DNA from: Sedimentisphaeraceae bacterium JB056
GTDB lineage: Bacteria > Planctomycetota > Phycisphaerae > Sedimentisphaerales > Sedimentisphaeraceae
Direction of reading: 5' to 3'
Assembly (NCBI GenBank): GCA_044440125.1
Contig: JBITAJ010000015.1
Span: forward strand, 96,001-160,000
DNA length: 64,000 nt
Shown: in pieces, positions 27,912 through 36,365 of the stretch
Layout of the letters: every line of letters starts with the position of its first letter
Numbering within the stretch: the first letter of the stretch is position 1
Program-made: the position numbers and the translations under genes
The notes under the pieces: generated by a model
Told to the model about the DNA's origin: nothing
Seen by the model: the letters and a program-made list of their open reading frames with translations, nothing else
Databases searched by the model: none

Positions 27912-30900
27912 ATGAAGAATGTACTGAAAACAGGAGTGGTCTTATTGTTTTTGCCTTGTCTTGTGTTTGCATATGATATTTATGTTTCACCTAACGGCAG
28001 TGATGTTAACACAGGAACAGAGGATAAACCGACTGCTTCTATTGGCAGGGCACTCAAAAGAGCGGAGAAGCTTATTGAACTCAGGGGTTACCCTGCTGAA
28101 GGCATTAATATTATAATAGAACCCGGTGAATACGGCTTTGATGAAACTTTGTTTTTGGGTGACAGCATCTCTGGTTCGCCAGATAATCCGTTGGCAATAA
28201 AATGTGTTGATGGAAAGGCCTTTTTTAATGGTGGAATCGCATTAGATACAGCAGGCGGTAAGATAACGCAGAATGAACCATTGCTTTCTCCAAAGGCTCG
28301 TGGCAATGTATATGCCGTTGAGATAACCGATGGCAAGCTTATTTCACTGCTTTCCAATAGGAGTGTGAAACTCAGTCAGCAGGGCCAAATGATGTCGCTG
28401 GCGAAATATCCTAATATTGGCTATGCTCACATCAAAGAAGTTATCGATAAGGGTGCCGTTTATGCTCATGGAAGAACTAAGGGTGACCCGCCCCAATACA
28501 GCATGGATGAACCGACAGGAGGAGTATTCACTGTAAGGGATAAAGATGTGTCCGCATGGGAAAAGGAATTTGAAAAATTCAAAAAAGCCTATGTAGTCGG
28601 ATATCTCTCTAATGATTGGTACAAGGAGAATCACAGAATAGCTTCTATTACAGATGAGCAGATTAAGCTTATTGATTACAGCCGTTATGGGCTTGGAGTC
28701 AAAAAGGAGATACCCCGTCGTTTTATAATAAACGATCTTTTAAGCGAACTTGACAGCCCCGGTGAATTTTTCTTTGATGAAAATGCCAATAAACTTTATT
28801 TTTGGCCTTTTAATGAAGGGGATGTTTCCGGATTGAGTATATGGGGAGGTGAGTCGTTTGCTGAGTTTAAAAATGCTTCGAATGTAAGACTTGAGAATAT
28901 AGTTATCGAAGGTGTTTCTCAGGGTAAATCTGTTGTAAATATAAGTGACAGTGAAAATGTTGAGCTTGCCGGATGTGTTATCCGAAATTGTTCGCGGCCG
29001 GCTGTGATGATCGAAGGCGGCAGCCATTGCGGCATCAGAAGCTGTGATATTTACGATGTGCCTTATCATCTGAAACTTAGCGGCGGAAATGTTAAAGAAC
29101 TCAAACCCTCAGATAATTATGCCGAAAACTGCCATTTCACGCAGGTGCAGGCGAGCGATTATTACGGCAAAATTCAGATCAGCGGTGTAGGTCAGGTTTT
29201 CCGCAACAACCTCGTGCATAATTTTATCGGTCAGGTAATGACGGTCGGTGATAACGACCACCTTATCGAATACAACGAATTTTTCAATATCGGCATCGAA
29301 GAAGGTGACGGTGGAACGATGTACAGCGGTGCTGCCATGTGGAGCTGGGGAAATGTGTATCAGCATAATTTCCTGCATCACCTGATGTGTTTGCCGCAGG
29401 CTCATCCTCGCGGCGGCATATACCCCGATGATCGCGATCAGGGCGACACTATAAAGCAGAATGTCTTCTATAAGGCTGCTCATCGTGCGGTGCTTATAAA
29501 CGGCGGTGCCGGGCATAATGTGAACGATAATATATTCCTCGAAGGCTATATCGGTATATATAACACCGAGGCCGGCTCACAAAAGATGTATGATATGCAG
29601 TCTGAGTACAACAGCGGCAAACTCAAACGCGGCGACAAAATGGACTATATCTGGAGAACCGAGCAGGTTATCGGCGAAGAGGGCTGGAACAAAGAGCCGT
29701 GGATAAGCAGGTACCCGCTTTTTGCGAATATCATGAATCAGCCTAAGATGAGGTTCTGGCCGATAGAATGCGATTTCAGCGGCAACTATTTTCATGGAAA
29801 CGCCGAAAATATACAGTATCGTTTTGGTTACGGTCGAAACGATACAAAGGATATTTCTGAAGTGGAGTACATAGAGGCCCGAAACAACAAGGATATACCT
29901 CTTGATATATTCAAAGATGCAGATGCTCTTGATTTTAATTATGCTGCTGAAAGAGTAGCTCAAAGGATGCCTGATATCCAGTTCGACAGGATAGGACTTT
30001 ATCAGGATGAATATCGGAAAGATGTGCCGGACAAAAAGCTCTATCGTAAGCTTCTTGCCGATAAATTTCGCGACCGTAAATCTTACGACCCGGACGCTCG
30101 GTACGACCCCGATACCATCAGTGATATGATATATTTCAATACCGGCAAATTATTGACTGAAATGACATCCGGAAATTTAACTCAGGAAAATGGCAGAATT
30201 GAACCGGATGCTCAAAGTTATAAGGTATCAAAGGAAGATTACGATTATGCCATGGATATTTATAACGCTCAGGAGCCGGAGTTGATTTTTCCTAATCCGC
30301 ATCCGGGAGCTCAGTGGTTCACAGAGGCCGGGCTGGGATTGTTTATGCACTGGGGAATTCACAGCGTAAAGGCTCTGCAGCCTTCCTGGTCGATGATAAG
30401 GGATTACAGGTTTGCACATTATCCCGAAGATGAAGACCCGAACAAGTATATCGGATTCAATTATTATCATCTGGCTGAAAAATTCGATCCCCAATCATAC
30501 GACCCGGATATGTGGTTTAAGGCTGCCGCCGATGCGGGATTTAAATACGCGGTTCTCACTACAAAGCACCACGACGGCTATGCCCTGTGGCCCAGCAAAT
30601 ACGGCAATATGTCAACCCGTACTTATATGGGCGGTCGCGATCTGATCAATGAATATGTCGAAGCTTGCAGGAAAAACGGCCTGAAGGTTGGTTTCTACTT
30701 CTCCCAGCGCGACTGGCATTATCCGAATTTTCCCGTTTTGGATGTCGGCTTTGACAACAAAAGGAGGGGCGAAGAATATCAAATGAGCGAGGATGAGGCA
30801 AGAAAACTGTTTCAGGATTTCTATGCTTACACTATCAACCAGTTGAGAGAATTGCTGACTAATTACGGCACTATAGATGTGCTCTGGTTTGACGGCCTTG

Positions 30901-31280
30901 GCTCCTGGCCCGGTCTAAAGGAAAAAAGAGGGGATACGAAAGTTCTTCAAACGTATCAGTGGATACGTTCGCTTCAGCCGGGGATAGTCATAAACGACCG
31001 CTGGGACAAACGTATCGGGGATATGAGTACCCCTGAAGGACATGTGCCCGAAGATAAAATTGAAGGCTGGTGGGAAAGCTGCATCTCGATTAAGGGTCAT
31101 TGGGGTTATTCGCCGCATAGGGATATGTGGAGTATTGAGAAATTCTGCGATACTTATAATGAGATACGAGAAAAGGGTGGAAATTTTCTGGCAAACGTCG
31201 GCCCGGCACCGGACGGAACTATGCCTGATGAGTTTTATGAACTTTGTGAAAAACTCAACGAAGGCGAATGTGAGGAATGA
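27912..31280 (+). CDS. GH141-like beta-helix protein fused to a GH29 alpha-L-fucosidase domain
   Basis: Beta-helix region (IYVSPNGSD, GDGGTMY, GGIYPDD); C-terminal GLFMHWG, TTKHHDGYALWPS, ELLTNYG..VLWFDG, INDR, NVGPAPDG (GH29 signature). Confidence 0.87.
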   Translation: MKNVLKTGVVLLFLPCLVFAYDIYVSPNGSDVNTGTEDKPTASIGRALKRAEKLIELRGYPAEGINIIIEPGEYGFDETLFLGDSISGSPDNPLAIKCVDGKAFFNGGIALDTAGGKITQNEPLLSPKARGNVYAVEITDGKLISLLSNRSVKLSQQGQMMSLAKYPNIGYAHIKEVIDKGAVYAHGRTKGDPPQYSMDEPTGGVFTVRDKDVSAWEKEFEKFKKAYVVGYLSNDWYKENHRIASITDEQIKLIDYSRYGLGVKKEIPRRFIINDLLSELDSPGEFFFDENANKLYFWPFNEGDVSGLSIWGGESFAEFKNASNVRLENIVIEGVSQGKSVVNISDSENVELAGCVIRNCSRPAVMIEGGSHCGIRSCDIYDVPYHLKLSGGNVKELKPSDNYAENCHFTQVQASDYYGKIQISGVGQVFRNNLVHNFIGQVMTVGDNDHLIEYNEFFNIGIEEGDGGTMYSGAAMWSWGNVYQHNFLHHLMCLPQAHPRGGIYPDDRDQGDTIKQNVFYKAAHRAVLINGGAGHNVNDNIFLEGYIGIYNTEAGSQKMYDMQSEYNSGKLKRGDKMDYIWRTEQVIGEEGWNKEPWISRYPLFANIMNQPKMRFWPIECDFSGNYFHGNAENIQYRFGYGRNDTKDISEVEYIEARNNKDIPLDIFKDADALDFNYAAERVAQRMPDIQFDRIGLYQDEYRKDVPDKKLYRKLLADKFRDRKSYDPDARYDPDTISDMIYFNTGKLLTEMTSGNLTQENGRIEPDAQSYKVSKEDYDYAMDIYNAQEPELIFPNPHPGAQWFTEAGLGLFMHWGIHSVKALQPSWSMIRDYRFAHYPEDEDPNKYIGFNYYHLAEKFDPQSYDPDMWFKAAADAGFKYAVLTTKHHDGYALWPSKYGNMSTRTYMGGRDLINEYVEACRKNGLKVGFYFSQRDWHYPNFPVLDVGFDNKRRGEEYQMSEDEARKLFQDFYAYTINQLRELLTNYGTIDVLWFDGLGSWPGLKEKRGDTKVLQTYQWIRSLQPGIVINDRWDKRIGDMSTPEGHVPEDKIEGWWESCISIKGHWGYSPHRDMWSIEKFCDTYNEIREKGGNFLANVGPAPDGTMPDEFYELCEKLNEGECEE

Positions 31281-31352
31281 TTTGCTCTCGAAATGGAAAA
31301 TCTATACGTCTGATATAACAGGCTAATAATTCAAGGAAAGTAAGTATCTGAT

Positions 31353-33935
31353 ATGTTAAAAATAATAATAAAGAGTTTGGTAGTTGCAGCAGTATTATCT
31401 GTTTTTATGGCAGGATGCAGTCTGCCTGAGAAGTGTAGTGATGTTTCGTTTTATGTTGCTCCTGATGGAGATGACAGTGCCAACGGTTCAATTAATGCTC
31501 CTTTCAGGACATTAGAAGCAGCCAGAGATGCTGTTCGTCGATTGCGGGCAGAAGGGAAATTAGGCCATGATGGTGTTACTGTCAATCTCAGAGCCGGCAG
31601 ATATGAAATAAGCGAAACATTTGAACTCGATGAACGTGACAGCGGAACTCAAACCGCCCGTATTATTTATCGCAGTTTTCCCGGTGAGAAGGTTTATATA
31701 AGCGGCGGAAAGTCAATACCCGCTTCTGCATTTAAGCCCGTAGGCGACAAAAAGGTGCTGGATAGGTTCGTCGATAAGAGGGCGGCTTCAAAGATAGTCT
31801 GCGTTGATCTGAACTCGCTTGGTATTACAAATTACGGCAAGATGAGTGCAAGGGGTTTTAGAAGGCCATACGTTAATCCCGGTCTTGAGCTGTTTTTTAA
31901 CGAGCAGGCTATGACTATTGCCAGATGGCCCAATGAGGGTTTTGTTCCAATTGGTAAGGTTGTGGATAAGGGGTCTGTGCCGCGGTTTGATGATTTTGAG
32001 AATCGAGGAGGCACTTTCCACTATAAATATGACAGGGCGGATTACTGGAAGCAGGCTGATGATATTTATGTTTCCGGTAATTGGAAAGCCCCTTATGCAG
32101 ATGATACGCTGAAGGTAGAAGAGATCGATACAGAGCAGAAGACTATAAAGCTTGCTTATGCCCATATGTACGGCATAGCTTCCGGTCCTGAATGGTGCAA
32201 CTATTTCGTGTTGAACCTGCTTGAGGAGATCGATGTTCCCGGCGAGTGGTATCTTGATAGAAATACCGGTATGCTTTATTTCTATCCTCCTTCCGACATA
32301 GCTGAGGGTGATATTCAGGTTTCTCTTCTTGATGAGCCTATGGTTGCCATGGAGGGGGTTAGCTTTGTAAGTTTTGAGAATATCACGTTTGAATACACAA
32401 GAGGCATTGGTGTGTATATTGAGCGAGGAGAGGGTAATCTGTTAGCCGGATGTACGCTTCGTAATATGGGTGTGGTAGCGGTCTGTATGGGTATGGGTAT
32501 TGAACCTGACAAGATCAACAGGCACCAGTTTACCGGAAAGCCCGTAAGCCGCCAGCTTGGAAGCTGGCACGAGCATATCTATGAAAATGCAACATACAAC
32601 CGCCAGGCGGGCAAAAACCATGGAGTGCTTAGCTGCGATATTTACAATATCGGAGCCGGTGCGGTTAGTATGGGTGGTGGTGACAGGCTTACTCTTGAGC
32701 CGGGCAGAAACTACGTTGAGAACTGTGAGATACACGATTATAATCGTCTTGGACGCTCTTATAAGGCAGCGGTTAATATTGATGGTGTAGGAAACAGGAT
32801 TGCTAATAATCACATTTATAATGCACCTGATATGGCCGTTTACCTGCACGGCAACGATCATGTTATAGAGTATAATCATATCCATCATGTTATGCTTGAG
32901 TCCGGTGAGGGCGGCTGGTTTTATATGGGGCGTGATGCGGCGGAATTTGGCAATGAGATTCGCTATAATTTTGTTCATCATTGCGGCGTTACCGACAGCG
33001 GCTCAGAGGGCGACAGAACCGAAGGTTCAAGCGGCGTATACATGGATGATTTTGCCTGCGGCACAAAAGTTTACCAGAACGTATTCTACAAGGTCGGCAA
33101 GGAGCGGGCGGCGGTTTTGATAAACGGCGGTATGGATAATCTCGTTTGTAATAATATCTTTATTGACTGCCGGTATGCCCTCTATGCAAGCGCTTTGTTT
33201 CAGGGCTGGGCTAAGAAGCATCTTACGAAATTTGATGAGGGCGGTCTTTACAGAGTCAGGCTTGAAGAGGTGAACTATAAAAATCCCCCATACAGCGAAA
33301 AATATCCGACTCTTGTCAATATATGCGATGACGAACCCGCACAGCCAAAACGCAACCTTATGAAGAATAATGTCTATGTCGATTGCGGCAAGGTGTATCG
33401 CTGGAATAAAGAACCGAAGATCACACTTGAAGGCAATTTTGAGACTGATGCTGATCCTGGTTTTGTGGATATGGCAGCGTTAAATTTCCAACTGAAAGAA
33501 GACTCTCTCGTCTACAAACAGATACCTGATTTTAAGAGGATTCCGCTTGAAAAGGTAGGTATGTATGTTGATCGCTATAGAACAGAAGTTGTACCTTATG
33601 TGCATCGGGCTGTGAAAGAGGCGGATATTAAAGGTGAGGTCCTCAACGATAAGATCAATGTAGAGGATGTTGTCAGTTATAATGATGAAGGTGTCATTGT
33701 TTTGCTTGAAAAGATACCGGTCCAATATCCTGATGGTGAAGTTGCCGGGGTAAAGATTGCAGAAGCTCTGGTTGCTGATGTAAGCTGGGCAGATGGCGAG
33801 CTTAGAAGTGTTATTATATATTCGAGCGTTGCCGGTGAATTTGTCGTAAAATATAAAGAGAATACTGCCAGGATAAAAACTGAACCTGAAGGTAAATACG
33901 GGCTTGATAAGAATCTTAAAGATATATGGTTTTAG
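31353..33935 (+). CDS. GH141-like beta-helix lipoprotein with a GH95-C-terminal-like tail
   Basis: Lipobox FMAGC; FYVAPDGDD...PFRTLEAA, ARWPN, NLLEEIDVPGEWYLD, GEGGWFY, GVYMDD; tail IVLL..IP...PDGEVAGV...DVSWADGEL. Confidence 0.76.
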   Translation: MLKIIIKSLVVAAVLSVFMAGCSLPEKCSDVSFYVAPDGDDSANGSINAPFRTLEAARDAVRRLRAEGKLGHDGVTVNLRAGRYEISETFELDERDSGTQTARIIYRSFPGEKVYISGGKSIPASAFKPVGDKKVLDRFVDKRAASKIVCVDLNSLGITNYGKMSARGFRRPYVNPGLELFFNEQAMTIARWPNEGFVPIGKVVDKGSVPRFDDFENRGGTFHYKYDRADYWKQADDIYVSGNWKAPYADDTLKVEEIDTEQKTIKLAYAHMYGIASGPEWCNYFVLNLLEEIDVPGEWYLDRNTGMLYFYPPSDIAEGDIQVSLLDEPMVAMEGVSFVSFENITFEYTRGIGVYIERGEGNLLAGCTLRNMGVVAVCMGMGIEPDKINRHQFTGKPVSRQLGSWHEHIYENATYNRQAGKNHGVLSCDIYNIGAGAVSMGGGDRLTLEPGRNYVENCEIHDYNRLGRSYKAAVNIDGVGNRIANNHIYNAPDMAVYLHGNDHVIEYNHIHHVMLESGEGGWFYMGRDAAEFGNEIRYNFVHHCGVTDSGSEGDRTEGSSGVYMDDFACGTKVYQNVFYKVGKERAAVLINGGMDNLVCNNIFIDCRYALYASALFQGWAKKHLTKFDEGGLYRVRLEEVNYKNPPYSEKYPTLVNICDDEPAQPKRNLMKNNVYVDCGKVYRWNKEPKITLEGNFETDADPGFVDMAALNFQLKEDSLVYKQIPDFKRIPLEKVGMYVDRYRTEVVPYVHRAVKEADIKGEVLNDKINVEDVVSYNDEGVIVLLEKIPVQYPDGEVAGVKIAEALVADVSWADGELRSVIIYSSVAGEFVVKYKENTARIKTEPEGKYGLDKNLKDIWF

Positions 33936-33962
33936 TATGAGAAAAATAAGGATAAGTTGATT

Positions 33963-34871
33963 ATGGCAGTTTTAAGATTGATTTTATTGACAATGATTGT
34001 TATTGTTGTCAGTGCTCTTGATGCATCTGAACCGGTTCATCATTCGAAAGGTTCTGACGCAAAACTGGTATATGAGAAAATAGCTTCTATCCGGTATCTT
34101 CAAGATGATCGTCCCGAGAGAATGGATGCTTATATCCCAAAGGTCGGTTCAGGTAAACCCTACCCCGCTGTTGTTTACATACATGGCGGCGGCTGGACGA
34201 AAGGAACCCGTGATAACAAACGAGCCGTAAATATTGCCTCCACACTGGCCGGAGCGGGCATTGCCGTATTCAGCATTGATTATAAACTGGCCCTCAGAGA
34301 GAAAAGAGAAGGCGGCAATGTAACGGTGGAAGGCTCATGGCCCCAAAATATATTTGACTGTAAAACTGCGGTCAGGTATGTTCGGAAAAACGCTGGCGGA
34401 TATGGTATAGATCCCAATAATATTGGAGTTATGGGATGCTCTGCCGGCGGTCATTTAGCATTGCTTACGGGCCTTTCTTCTGAAAGTGAAGAGCTTAATA
34501 ATGGCGGTTTATATTGTGACGTATCGAATGATATTAAATGTATTGTAGATATGTACGGCATACCAGATGTGAGAGTATGGGGCGGGCATGTGTTTATAGA
34601 GCCTTCTCAGAATGATGCTCCTGAAATGTATCGTCTGGCTTCGCCGGTAACTTATATTGAGAAAGACAGCCCTGCTGTTCTTGTAATACATGGAGATAAA
34701 GATAAAGTTGTGAATGTCGAGCAGTCAAGATTGTTTGTTGATAAACTAAAAGAGATTGGAGCGTCTTATAAATATGTTGAAGTCAAAGAAGGGCCTCATA
34801 GTTTTGATCTCGAAAACCATATGGACATAAGGCCTGTCGTTATTGATTTTTTGAAAGAGCAGTTAATGTAA
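33963..34871 (+). CDS. Alpha/beta hydrolase (carbohydrate esterase-like)
   Basis: Signal peptide; HGGGW oxyanion motif, GCSAGG nucleophile elbow, HGDKD, GPH. ORF track starts at TTG 33957; ATG 33963 preferred. Confidence 0.88.
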   Translation: MAVLRLILLTMIVIVVSALDASEPVHHSKGSDAKLVYEKIASIRYLQDDRPERMDAYIPKVGSGKPYPAVVYIHGGGWTKGTRDNKRAVNIASTLAGAGIAVFSIDYKLALREKREGGNVTVEGSWPQNIFDCKTAVRYVRKNAGGYGIDPNNIGVMGCSAGGHLALLTGLSSESEELNNGGLYCDVSNDIKCIVDMYGIPDVRVWGGHVFIEPSQNDAPEMYRLASPVTYIEKDSPAVLVIHGDKDKVVNVEQSRLFVDKLKEIGASYKYVEVKEGPHSFDLENHMDIRPVVIDFLKEQLM

Positions 34872-34955
34872 ATGTTATTGTTAAATCCGAACCTGAAAAT
34901 GCAGGTTTTTATAAGAATTTTTAAGATATGTAGTTTAGGTATAGAAAGAGTTATT

Positions 34956-36266
34956 ATGAAATTAAATAAAGTTACGTGTTTAATGGTTGTCTGTATTGGG
35001 GTATTCTGCTCGCTTGCATACAGCAGTGATCAGAAAAAGGTTGCAGTTCGCAATGGTTTGCCCAATTTGTATTCAAAGCTTGAAGCCGGTGAAGATGTTA
35101 CGATAGCCTATTTTGGCGGCAGTATTACAGCTCAGAACGGTTATCGTATGCAGACATTTAAATGGTTTGAAGAGAATTGGCCGCAGTGCGAATTTACTCA
35201 GGTGAATGCGGCTATCGGCGGCACTGGTTCGGAGCTTGGTGCGTTTCGTCTTTACGATGATGTGCTTTCAAATGATCCGGATCTTGTTTTTATAGAGTTT
35301 GCTGTTAATGATTATGGTGCATCACAGAATTCTCAAAAAAATGTAGAGGAATCAATGGAAGGCATAATCAGGCAGATAATCAATAATAATCCTCAAACAG
35401 ATATGTGTCTGGTATATACTATAACTGAAAGTATGATAGAAGATATGAAGGCAGGAAAAATGCTTCCTTCTATAGCAGCTCATGAGAAGGTGGCCGATCA
35501 CTATGGACTGCCATCTGTTAATGTAGGTTCTGTTGTTGCCGACCTCGAAAATGAGGGCAAGTTAGTAATGAAAGGGCAGCAGGGTTTGATGCAGGCTGTC
35601 AGCGGTGACTCTCTAAATGAGACGGTAGAAGTTGGCGTTAACGAAAAAGGACAGGTTGTCTTTTCAAAGGATGGTGTTCATCCTTACCCTAATTCCGGGC
35701 ATAAGATATATACTCAATGCATAGTTGAAGCCATTGCCTTGTTAAGGGGAGATGCCGAAAATAAAGAGCATGAGCAACTGCCTTGTTTAAATGAAAATAA
35801 TCTTGAAAAGGCAAAGATGGTATCTCTTTCTATGGCTAATCTAAAAGGTGATTGGAAAAAATATAATCCTGAAGGAGGAGTCGTATCAAGCTGGATAGCC
35901 GACAAGATGCCGGAGATGATGGTTGCTAAAAGTATTGGTGACAGCATAGAGTTTCGTTTAAATGGTTTTGTTGCCGGTTTCTATGATGTTATGGGGCCTT
36001 CTGCTGGAGTTGTGGAATGTCAGGTTGATGATGAAAAGAAGTATCTGTCCAGATTCGACAAATATTGTACGTATTATCGCATAGGCAGTAAGACTATTGA
36101 AGTTGAGAAGGGTATTCATGATGTTAAGTTCACCTTGACTGATCGTCCTATTGAAAAGGCGGCTGTTCTCAGCGAAAGAGGAAGTGTTATGAAGGACCGC
36201 TCTAAATACGAAGATACGCATTGGTATGTTGGCAAGATAATGCTTGTCGGCGATATAATAAAATAA
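34956..36266 (+). CDS. SGNH/GDSL hydrolase (putative acetylesterase)
   Basis: FGGSIT, NAAIGGTGS, EFAVND, DGVHP blocks; signal peptide begins at ATG 34956 (ORF track start 34872). Confidence 0.88.
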   Translation: MKLNKVTCLMVVCIGVFCSLAYSSDQKKVAVRNGLPNLYSKLEAGEDVTIAYFGGSITAQNGYRMQTFKWFEENWPQCEFTQVNAAIGGTGSELGAFRLYDDVLSNDPDLVFIEFAVNDYGASQNSQKNVEESMEGIIRQIINNNPQTDMCLVYTITESMIEDMKAGKMLPSIAAHEKVADHYGLPSVNVGSVVADLENEGKLVMKGQQGLMQAVSGDSLNETVEVGVNEKGQVVFSKDGVHPYPNSGHKIYTQCIVEAIALLRGDAENKEHEQLPCLNENNLEKAKMVSLSMANLKGDWKKYNPEGGVVSSWIADKMPEMMVAKSIGDSIEFRLNGFVAGFYDVMGPSAGVVECQVDDEKKYLSRFDKYCTYYRIGSKTIEVEKGIHDVKFTLTDRPIEKAAVLSERGSVMKDRSKYEDTHWYVGKIMLVGDIIK

Positions 36267-36365
36267 AACATAGTGAGTAAGTAAGAAACTCAATAATGGC
36301 TTTACCGCATTTCTACAAACCGTGAACTGCGAACTAATAGCTAAATAATATTACAGGAAAAATTT

